From NCBI GenBank assembly GCA_002269645.1, contig NIVC01000094.1, positions 186,001 to 250,000 of the forward strand: a stretch of DNA of 64,000 bases. The letters are read 5' to 3'. Origin of the DNA: Macrostomum lignano (Eukaryota). A program made the translations under genes and the position numbers. Positions 1 through 10,700 of this stretch are shown piece by piece; positions within the stretch are counted from its first letter, which is position 1, and every line of letters begins with the position of its first letter. The notes under the pieces were generated by a model. That model had not been told where the DNA came from. It did not search any database and saw only the letters and a list, made by a program, of their open reading frames with translations.

Positions 1-444
1 TGTCCTGAAAGCCTCCTCGTGACAACTTACAAACGGGAGAAAATGATCTCTCTTTTTTCATCCCTTGGTTCCCATATTGTTTTCTATCAGTCCTTGCTGC
101 TCAAAATTGGTTCCCTTTCTCTGATCCACACTCTCACAGCCCCTGTGAAGCTTGAAAATCAATAAACAGATCATTTTAGCAGCTCGTATAGTGGAAGTTG
201 TCACCAGCGAGCAAGTCCGTGCAGCAGCGAGTTGAGGCGGACAAAGGAGGACCCGCATGCCCGGTCTGCAGAGCGGGTTTTTCGCCCATTGTCCGGATCT
301 GACCGCCCGGCTTGCTGTCCGATGCACAAATTATTCATAATTTCGCTTGAAAATGCTTTTAAAGCATCATATTGGGAATTTTATACTGTATTTATAGCTG
401 AATGATATGGCTGCCGCAGTCAGGCTGTATGGGAGGCTGTTAGG

Positions 445-545
445 AAATGATGATGATGATAATGATGCTGATGGTGATGATGATTATGATGATGATGAAG
501 ATTATGATTATGATGATGATGATGATGAAGATGATGATGATGAAT
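445..545. repeat. (GAT)n-rich microsatellite
   Basis: Run of gatgatgat/attatgat directly visible. Confidence 0.9.
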
Positions 546-1545
546 AGAACACACCAACAGAATAGAATAACTGATGCCGATTTTACTCCATGAATTATGC
601 TCATACTGGTCATAGAGAAATTCGCAACAGGGTATCCATAGTCAACTGGTGCCACCTGTTGAAGGTCTATAAGGTCTGCCTGGGTAAGGCCAGTGACCAA
701 CGAAGTGACCAAGTGACCAACGAGACCAGGTGGTGCTTTGTTAGGTCCTCAGCTCCACCAGCTGAACAGTGCAAGGACATGGACACGCACAGGTGACCCG
801 AGTCCTGTGCCCCACCCACCTCACACGCTAGCTTTTTGAAAGTTGGCCGGAGTCTTCATCATCAGCGTGGGCTCGGGCTTCGGGGTGCGGCTGTGAGCAC
901 TGATGAGCGAAGCGACAGCGAGTTTTGCTGCAGCCGCTAAAGCTGTTGAAGTCGAAACAGACGCTGTTGCATTTATATTATTTTTGTTGGTGTCATCAAG
1001 TACCAAGGTCTGCGCTAACAGCACTCCACCGCGTTACGTCTTGCTGAAGAGAAGCCGGCACGATCGTCATCATATCGCATGGCTTTTGTGCAGGTCGCCA
1101 TAGAACTGCATTGAACCCACATCCACAATTTCACAATTCATGTTCCGGTTAATTAAAATGAAAGAAGCTGCATTGTCTTTCCGTTTTTTGGCAGCAATAT
1201 TGTCTTGAAAAATTTTTTATTTTTTCTAAATTGGCCTGAGTTCTGAGTCTTTGCGTATGTTATTTTACTAATCTAGCTTGTCGTGCACTGGCGCTCTTCA
1301 AGAATTTATCATTTCTCGAAGGAGAACTTGCACAATACATTTATTTGTCCAACCACGAAGCAGTTCGTAACGTTGGTAAGTATTTTTGCCAAGAAAAAAG
1401 CCCTTTACACAAGAGGGACTTCGTTCGTCCTTATTTGTGACATGTATTCGAAGTACATGCACATGCATCTTGCTCGTACGTTTCATAGTCTATTTAACAA
1501 ATAACCAAGTGTTTGTGGGAATTTATTGTGGGAATCACCCACAAA

Positions 1546-1862
1546 TTACTGAGCGTCAGCCTTCAGCTTCACCGCATTGTCCATCACACGCTTGTTGTAT
1601 CTGAAAGTTTGGAATCGAAGCGGGAACTGAGCTTATAGTTACTACAGTGCATACAAAAATGTAAGTTGCAGATGCATTACCTGGGTCTGCCCAGCGAGGC
1701 AAAATATCGGTTGAGATTCAACAGGTACTCCTTCAGCGAGTCCGGATCGTCGAAGGCGTCAGTCGACTGGGCCAGAAAGGCGTGATGGCGGCCGCCTGAG
1801 GCGTAAGATCTGGCGGTGCTTGTTGACACGGCAACGAGCAGCAGCAGTTGTAGCCAGCTCAT
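1546..1862 (-). CDS. npf: Neuropeptide Y/F-like precursor, 2 coding exons (1862-1681, 1600-1546)
   Basis: Signal peptide MSWLQLLLLVAVSTSTA, then ...SLKEYLLNLNRYFASLGRPR. Tyr residues sit at positions 10 and 17 from the RPRY end. An 80-nt GT-AG intron (1680-1601) splits the last Arg codon after base 2, the conserved NPY/F intron position. Exon 2 reads (R)YNKRVMDNAVKLKADAQ*. Confidence 0.9.
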
Positions 1863-2580
1863 TGTTTCTTTTGACAGGTTCTCTATGTTGAATAAATCTA
1901 GAACTGCAGCACATGTGCTGCCATGGCAAGCATTCGAGTCTATATATGATTAGAAAGTTGATTTCGAAGGTGAGTGGTCAGGCCTTGTTACAACCAATCA
2001 GATCCGATCAGAACGCATTTTGCTGTCCCATGCCCAGTTGCCGGGCACTGATCTGTACCGATTCTCGCCCTATAAATCACGCAATCACTTAGGCGACTCG
2101 TTACATCCGCAATATTCCTAATATGTAGCAATATTTTATCTGCAAAAATTGTTAACTCTGGTTAATGCATCGCTGCTCTGAGTCTCAGTATATGGCCGAA
2201 GAAAATCAAACGAATTTACCTGCCCCCGAATTTACTTGATTTTCTTTCGAAGCACGCGACACCTTGGCTGCTTTTTGATCAGAGTTCTCCAAGGCCCACC
2301 AAAATGGGTAGTGACGTCAATTGCAGCTCGAAAGAGAGTATTTTAGAAATTCGACACGAGCATAAATTAAATACTTTATTTTTCTTTGAGACATCCTTTG
2401 AGACCCGGCACTACTTCATTGTTATTAAATATGCTCAAATCGTATTGCTTTTATTGATATTGTTTGTGACAACTAAACCTAAAAGACAACAAACTAAATA
2501 CAACCATTAGCCATGGGAAATTCATTGCTAAAAACAGCATATGAGTTCGGGGCCAGCCCGGCTCGAGACACTTGTAAGCG

Positions 2581-3937
2581 TCAGCGTCTCCAAACGCCAA
2601 GCCGGCCGATGGCGTCTTTGTTGTCGGCTCGGTGACTTCCCCGGAGCAGCAGGGCGTCGCTCAGGCGACGAGTCTCCGCCTCCAGCAGCGCCGCGTCCAG
2701 CCGGGGCTCCCGGCTCACGGTCGCCAGCGAGGCGTCGAGTAGGCCGCGGATTTCCATCAGCTCGCCGCCAGCGCGACCGTCGCCTCCGAGCTGGCGATGG
2801 CGTCGCAGCGACGACGACCGCCTCGATGCTCGCCGATGCTCCTCCTCAGCCGCTTCCTCCTTCTGCTGCTGCTGCACCTTCAGGGCTGAAATCTGAGGAC
2901 AGGAGTTTCCATTCCCGTTATGGAATTCGCCTGAGATTTAATCCCAGATGTACAGCCAAATGTCACTGGCAGTCAAATGTCACTGGCAGCCAAATGTCAC
3001 TGACAGTCAAATGTCACTGACAGTCAAATGTCACTGGCAGTCAAATGTCACTGACAGTCAAATGTCACTGGCAGCCAAATGTCACTGACAGTCAAATTTC
3101 ACTGGCAGTCAAATGTCACTGACAGTCAAATGTCACTGGCAGCCAAATGTCACTGGTAGCCAAAAGTCACTGACAATCAAATGTCGCTGACAGTCAAATG
3201 TCACTGGCAGTCAAATGTCACTGGCAGTCAAATGTCACTGACAGTCGAATGTCACTGACAGTCAAATGTCACTGGTAGCCAAAAGTCACTGACAATCAAA
3301 TGTCCCTGACAGTCAAATTTCACTGACATTCAAATGTCACTGGCAGCTAAATGTCACTGGCAGCCAAATGTCACTGACAGTCAAATTTCACTGGCAGTCA
3401 AATGTCACTGACAGTCAAATGTCACTGGCAGCCAAATGTCACTGGTAGCCAAAAGTCACTGACAATCAAATGTCGCTGACAGTCAAATGTCACTGGCAGT
3501 CAAATGTCACTGGCAGTCAAATGTCACTGACAGTCGAATGTCACTGACAGTCAAATGTCACTGGTAGCCAAAAGTCACTGACAATCAAATGTCCCTGACA
3601 GTCAAATTTCACTGACATTCAAATGTCACTGGCAGCTAAATGTCACTGGCAGCCAAATGTTTCAAAGCTGCAATCAAAGCAGAAAAGGCAAAAGGCTGGC
3701 GCAATATCTAAACACGCGCACCTGCTGCTCCAAAGCTCGAACACGCAGCCTCTGCAGCCGCTCCCGGCCTTCGAGCGCTCTCTCAGCGCGCTGGTGCGCC
3801 GCTCGCAGCCGGTCGGACTCCTGCTCGGCGTCCTCCAGTCGCCTGCGCGCGTCACGCAGCTGCCGCCGCAGGCTTTCATTCTCTTCCTCCAGGCGGCGCG
3901 TTGCCGAGGCGAAGCCGTCTCGCTCGCGCTCGGCCGC
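2581..3937 (-). CDS. Rootletin (CROCC)-like C-terminal coiled-coil exons (approx. 3937-3722 and 2892-2581)
   Basis: Spliced translation ESDRLRAAHQRAERALEGRERLQRLRVRALEQQ|ISALKVQQQQ resembles, from memory, the rootletin tail EVERLRSAQ...ERTLEARERAHRQRVRGLEEQVSTLK. Phase-0 donor GTGCGC at 3721 and acceptor CCTCAG at 2893. Confidence 0.7.
2955..3660. repeat. 17-bp minisatellite (cagtcaaatgtcactga/gg) filling the rootletin-like intron
   Basis: About 40 tandem copies visible. Confidence 0.95.
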
Positions 3938-4497
3938 CTGTTCCACCCGTCAATGTTGTTTTTGGTGGGATTTTTCTTGCCATCAGCCCTGGAACCCCCC
4001 CCCCCACAATGTCTAGGCTGCTTCGGCTAAAGAACCGAGGAATAAGGCGAGTGAAATCGATGAGTCGCCTCGGGGTGGCAATCCTTGCTCAAGGTGGAAA
4101 AGCCCGGTCCGCATTTCGAAAGATGGAGCGCTTAAGAGGAACTTTTAAACTGAGTTTCAACTTTCAAAAAAAAAGAAAAGGAAAGCTTTTCCATCGACTG
4201 CGGAGTGGGAGAATCGGAAAAAGAGACTCAAAAATAGGGCATTAGGGTCCATTTGCTTTCAGAAAATCCATGCCCGCTTCTGATCCTCTGACAACTGAGT
4301 CTCGCTGGCTCATGACCGCAAGGCGTGCGCCGGCGAAGTGCCAGCTTCATTCAAGAGCTGATGGGGCAGTAATCGGCTTTTTTTTGGGGGAGAGCATCGG
4401 CCTTGAACTTACAGCTTTCTCGCGCCAATGTAGGTAGGAATTCTATTTTCTCATAAGGTAGGCTCGTAATAACATGCAGGAGAATGTCCAAAAATAC

Positions 4498-5781
4498 CTC
4501 ATGACGATATTCCACTGACGCGGATGCAGATTCCAGCTCGGCGTCAAACTGACGTTCACCTCTGGAGTAGCCGAACAGCTGAGTCTGCGGGGTGGATAGT
4601 TGATAACGCTTACAGCATAACCAGTTTATCATCAAATTATTGTTCAGTCAAAATACTCGTATCCTCAGACATCCTGACATTACCTGATATTCGTTCAGTT
4701 ACAGCTAGCTACTTGCTGCTCTGGTGCAGGCTTTCCTCGGGATCGGGGTGTCTTTGGGATCGGGGTGTCCTTGGGATCGGGGTGTCTTTGGGATCGGGGT
4801 GTCTTTGGAATCGGGGTGTCTTTGGGATCGGGGTGTCTTTGGAATCGGGGTGTCTTTGGGATCGGGGTGTCTTTGGAATCGGGGTGTCTTTGGGATCGGG
4901 GTGTCTTAGGGGGTGTCTTAGGGATCGGGGTGTCTTTGGGATCGGGGTGTCTTTGGAATCGGGGTGTCTTTGGGATCGGGGTGTCTTTGGGATCGGGGTG
5001 TCTTTGGAATCGGGGTGTCTTTGGGATCAGGGTGTCTTTGGGATCAATGTCTTAGGGATCAATGTGTCTTTTGAGATTGAGGTGTCTTTGGGATCGGGAT
5101 GTCTTTGGGATCAAGCTGTGGATCCTTGATCAAGGATGGATCAAGGATCAAGGATCAAGATTGAGGTTATGTTCAATTCGAGTAGCATACGGGGTCAAAT
5201 CACGGTAGAGTTGGTTTCTTCATGTACAAAAACTCCTGTAAACATCTCAAAGATAAATGGTAACTGCAGTTTTATCAGGATTTTAGAAATATTTTTCCAG
5301 CAAAACACGAATTCTGAAGCCCTGAAACAACTCAGCTGTTTCTCACATTGGAATGACGAACGGACGGATGAAGCGGCGGCGGCTGGGACAGCCACTGCCC
5401 ATCGTCAGCATCTTCATCGTTCGCCTGTCGCTGGCAAGTGCAGACTAAAAGCGGACTCGTGGCAGAGTTCTTCCGCGGTGGCACCTGCCGGTGGTCGATC
5501 CTGCCAGCCGTGGGCGCGTCGTCATCTTCAGCGCCTCCGCGCCCGGCGTCAGACACGTCCGCAGGCAGGGAGCAGCTGGACGAGGCGCTGTTGACGACGG
5601 CTCCTCCGAAACCGGAGGAAGCGTCGAATGCTCGAGGCGGCAGCGCAAAGGTGAGCGCTGGCGGCGTCTGCGGACCCAGGTCGGCCAGGTAGAACTCGGG
5701 CCGCACGCGGATCAGCGTGCTCGCGGCAACGGCTGCAGAAGTCGGGACCTGCGATTTGTGCTGCTTCTGCTGCTGATTCAT
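4498..5781 (-). CDS. Candidate upstream exons of the rootletin-tail gene (5781-5485, 4584-4498)
   Basis: ATG at 5781 (MNQQQKQ...), phase-0 donor GTGCCA, and an 87-nt exon TQLFGYSRGERQFDAELESASASVEYRHE bounded by CAG/GTATTT. Joins in frame to 3937, but that acceptor has a weak pyrimidine tract. Confidence 0.35.
4735..5120. repeat. 17-bp minisatellite (gatcggggtgtctttgg)
   Basis: Tandem copies visible. Confidence 0.95.
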
Positions 5782-6110
5782 GTCCGGATTGGAGTTGAGC
5801 ACTCTCAGGTCACATCTGCGTTTGTCTTCGCTCTTTAAATCCAGGTCTGAAACGCCCTACCTGAGTCTCTTGTGGAATAAGGATATTCTCTGTAATTAAA
5901 ACGTTTTTTCATCAGGAATTTGTGGTCTACCAATCTTTATGAATTATTTATTTGGCTGTGGGCTGCGGTTTTGCACTGATCAGTGAATAGTGGTGTAGAA
6001 AAGCGAAGTAATTAGGGAAGATGAAGAGGGTCGCTTAATCTACGGAGGACAATCGCCCCGGTTTTGATAGCATCTACAGGAGCTCAAGCCATTTTATATT
6101 GTTTAAAATA

Positions 6111-6368
6111 GGGTTGTAGCATAGTAGGACACACAACTGAAAGGTCGAGGGTTCGATTCTCGACTCACTGGGAACAACATTGCTTCACTTCACCCACCTG
6201 TAAATAGGTGCCAGCATTAGCTGGGGCAATTGAGGGTGTGTGTGGCGACCCCCCAGCCCAGTCCTTGGACTGAACAGCCCTACGTAGCCTTCAGATGCGC
6301 CGCGCAATAGCTGCGGCTGAGCTGTCGGTTGCAAATCTGCCCGTTAGGGCAGGTGTAATAAAAATAAT
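6111..6368 (+). mobile_element. tRNA-derived SINE
   Basis: Pol III A box TAGCATAGTAGG (6117-6128) and B box GGTTCGATTCT (6150-6160) without a full cloverleaf. Central ttcacccacctgtaaataggtgcc motif resembles invertebrate SINE cores. 3' hairpin ctgcccgttagggcag and A-rich tail gtaataaaaataat. Confidence 0.7.
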
Positions 6369-7741
6369 GCTTTCAGGATAAACTAGCAATCAGCGCCCCA
6401 GCGACCCTAACCCTAACCCATATAGACCTTTGTAGTAGTAGACCTTTGTATAGACCTGGTAGTTGGACCAGATCCGTAAGTAAACGATTCGGTGAAGTTC
6501 GGGTGACTGCGCATTTCTGTCTTGCTACTGTCAAGTAGGTCAGATTGCAACCTGCGCATTTAAAGAGCATACACGGACATAAATTTTGACAACTATACTG
6601 CAGTATCACATGGCAATCCTTGCGAAGGTCTACGCCCTATGAAAGTTTCGACGCGTTCTGACCTGGCCGCGTCAGTACAAGTGCCCGAAAGTGCATAGCG
6701 AACTTCTGTAAGTCATCAAATCAGACTCTATCCGAAAATTCTCTCACGCATCAATAGGCTTTTATCGCGTAGACAAGCTGCCTTGACAGCTGGGACTCGA
6801 GCATCAGCCTCCGATTAAAGTGTAAACTTGAAGGCTGTCAGACGGGAACTGTGGTACAAGTACACTAAAACTGGGATGACATTTTCCGACCAGCTGAACG
6901 TTCGGCAGTTATATGACTCCTCCTGGGTCCGCCCGAAGATGCCAGTTGCTACACTGCTGGATTTATGATGAAGCGGTGCGAGGCAGCAGCCCAACCGCCA
7001 GTTCCTTGCCGCTCACAGCGGTTCCGTCCGCCCTCGTTACCGAGGAGGCGAAATCAGGCGGGTAGCAACTTGGAATGCAACCGAATGCAATCCTGCATTC
7101 CGAACAGCTTCATCTTGATTGACTGCTCCGCTCTCTTTCAGCCCGAATTCGTAGATAAAATCTCGGCCTCCGCATTGCTTGATTAGCATTTCCAAAGAAA
7201 AGCAAAACTATTGTGGTCTTGGAGGCAATCCATGGAAAAGCTGACTGGTTATGCAACATTAAAACAGATCCGCCACTCTCCTTGGGCTGCTGTGTTATTA
7301 CGTCACTCGCCGAGAAGACAGGTTTATACCAAGGGTCTTCGCTAATATTTAAGAACTATGCCATGGGAAAGCCAGGTAAGCCTCAGATCCTTATTGGTTC
7401 TGATCCCCGTTCTACCCTGCCTTCACAGGTACCGTGGCCATGCAGGAAAATTTGTAAACGGAAGGCTCTCGAGACTTTTATTGGCCAACCAGTGCCTGTT
7501 GCGGTGGCGATCAATTCCCAGTCTGAAGCCTCCACTCTCTCCTCTACGTTTCTTTCCGCAATACGGAGCGCGGGTTTAAAGACTTCAGCCGTACCGTCTC
7601 TGCACCCTCCACTTCGATTCGGTTCTTTACATCCGGAAAGCAATTGAAAACCGCCTCATCAAACCCAGACGCTTTTCTTTTCCACTTTGCCGCGCAGATT
7701 TGGTGCCGCCCGCCCTTCATTAAGCCTGAGCCAAGGGACCC

Positions 7742-10700
7742 ATGACGGTCCGGAACAGAACTCCATTTGCTACTGGGGCGGCTGCGGCGCTTGTTCTAGT
7801 GCTGCTGACGACAATTGCTGCTGCAGAAGCTCAAACGGGTAATAAATTATCTATAGTTCAAGATCCGCACCCGCTTCAACTTATCCGCATCACAATGAGT
7901 AGACGATTTTGGAAAAAGTTCTCTTATTGAATCTAAAATATTTTTCTAACATCTACGAGTATTTCAGTGCCATGTGCATCTATGAGATGCTTAAAGATAC
8001 AAACTATAATTCTTTATAATATTTCAGATCAAACTGAAACTTCAGGAGTAGCAGGTACAACACAAGTTATGCAGCCAGCGATAAATGAGGAACAAACAAC
8101 TGAACAGCCATTAGCAACGGAAGAATTAACGACAAACGAGGGACCAACGACTACAACTGAGCAACCAACGACTACAACGGAGGAACCAACTACTACAACT
8201 GAGGAACCAACTACTACAACTGAAGAACCAACGACAAAAATTAAGGAACCAACTACTACAACTGAGGAACCAACTACTACAACTGAGGAACTAACTACTA
8301 CAACTGAGGATCCAACTACTACAACGGAGAAATCAACTACTACAACTGAGGAACCAACTACTACAACTGAGGAATCAACTACTACAACTGAAGAACCAAC
8401 GACAACAACTGAAGAACCAACGACAACAACTGAAGAACCAACGACAACAACTGAGGAACCAACGACTACAACTGAGGAACCAACGACTACAACTGAGGAA
8501 CCAACTACTACAACTGAGGAATCAACTACTACAACTGAAGAACCAACGACAACAACTGAAGAACCAACGACAACAACTGAAGAACCAACAACAACTATTG
8601 AGGAACCAACGACTACAACTGAGGAACCAACGACTACAACTGAGGAACCAACTACTACAACTGAGGAACCAACGACTACAACTGAGGAACCAACGACTAC
8701 AACTGAGGAACCAACAACAACAACAGAGGAACCAACGACTACAACTGAGGAACCAACTACTACAACTGAGGAACCAACGACTACAACTGAGGAACCAACG
8801 ACTACAACTGAGGAACCAACGACTACAACTGAGGAACCAACGACTACAACTGAGGAACCAACGACTACAACTGAGGAACCAACGACTACAACTGAGGAAC
8901 CAACAACAACAACAGAGGAACCAACGACTACAACTGAGGAACCAACTACTACAACTGAGGAACCAACGACTACAACTGAGGGACTAACTAAGGAATCCAT
9001 GGCAACAACGGAATCAGGGAGTAGGGTAATAACTACAATGAATACGCCTCCAGGATCTCGAGGACGGCAGAACGATACTGGAAGCGGAAGAAGCACTGGT
9101 CAGCTCAACCCCCTTGTACCAACCAGTCAACCAACACCCAGTGATTCGATGCCAATATTAAGTAAGGGTGTTCTAATAAAGAATAATTAGTATTATTAAT
9201 CTGTAGACTAAAAGCTATTTCTGTATAATGTTAATATTTCCTAGATTTCGAGCCATGTCGTCAGGAGACAAGTCAAGGCGATCACATCAACGGGATGTCA
9301 GACTCGAGAGCCATCACAGTCTATGGCTACCAGCCCAATCAAGGTCGCTGCATGCCCTACAACTACTACGGTAGCGCTGGCTCTTCGAACCGCTTCGACT
9401 CCATAGAGTCATGTGAGAATTCCTGTCAGAGACGCTTTGAACGTGAGTTTCGCCAACCTTGCTATTTTTGCTTGGTGGGTTCTTCACTGCTACGAGCTTA
9501 CATGCATACAAAGCAAATGAATGACTTGGGTTGTGGGAAAAATGCACTAGGGACACTAATGAGTCACGTTGCATTAAAATCAACTTCGTTAGAAAGCAGC
9601 AACATCAACTGCTCGTTCGAGGAGGCAACGGATTGCATCGACTACGACAGTTCGAAGTACTCAAGTAGTTCTCTTGTTTACTACTACGTGAAGAAGATCG
9701 GCACCTGCATCCAAGCTGTGCTCAAGGACACGGCCGAGTGCAGCAGGCTGGGAGAGACCAAGTTCTTCCAGCAGAAGCAAGCTTGCAGCGACCTGTGTGT
9801 GCGGCCCGCAACTGACAGTGTCATTCAGGGTGCGAGCCAATTTGCGCATTATAACTAAACGCTGAATCGACAGCTTAAATTGAAGCCAACGTGACTTCCG
9901 ATTCCAGATCGATGCTTTGCCGTTTTCAAATCCGAGAAGGACGGCACATTTTGCCCGTTCCGAGAGAAGAAGTACTTCTACAACGAGCAAACAAAGCAGT
10001 GCATCAGTCGGCAAGCGTGCGGCACGGAGGTTGTCAGCAACAGTTTTGCTTCCCTGGAGGAGTGTCAGAAGTTCTGTCTGCCCCGCTCTGTTGCAGGTCT
10101 GGGTCCATCTCAGTTCTACCTCTTACTTTGGATGGCCAGGTTGTTTGCCATCTGTCGATGGGCAGCATAGGAAACGGAGGCAGATACAGAGACAAGATCA
10201 ATGGCTCCCGGAATGAAGGGCACACAACCATGTTTAAGCATGCATGCAGTGTTGAACAAAGCAGCTAAAAATCTCTGCTTTAAAGATGGAGACACGATGT
10301 AGGAATCTAAACACAGGCAAACAAGTAGAATGCCGAAATTAGTAAGAGAGAAACAGTGGTCACTGTTTACCAACCTGGCACACAAATCGCAGGGCAATAG
10401 TCGGGCCACGGCTCCCCTCGCCTCTGTGGAACCGGTAACGTTCCAAACCATTCGAATGAAACTTGTTGTTGCAGAGCTCTGCAGCCTTCCGCGAGATCCC
10501 GGCTCGTGCGAATTCCAAGGGAAAAAGCTGCTCCGCTACTACTACGACTCGGAGCAGCTCAAATGCCAGCCGTTCAGCTATTCCGGTTGTCATGGCAACA
10601 AAAATCGTTTCTTTGATGAGGCCGACTGCCGAAAGACTTGCGTTGTAGCGGCAGCTACAGCGCCGCCGCCCCGAGCGTCGCTGAACAGCAGCCGACTGCC

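Noticed and set aside
58-1103. Short ORFs at the window start (58-327, 590-796, 821-1024, 903-1103)
   Set aside because: No domain motifs and no consistent exon chain could be built within the window.
6404-6419. ccctaaccctaaccc and the AACCCTAAA motif in the 16.4-17.2 kb array as telomeric sequence
   Set aside because: Only about 2.5 TTAGGG units here. In the minisatellite the motif is a single hexamer or heptamer per 23-bp unit, not a telomeric tract.
6373-7647. ORFs between the SINE and the papilin-like start as missing TSR exons or retroelement remains
   Set aside because: Translations in several frames showed no TSR, reverse transcriptase or transposase motifs.
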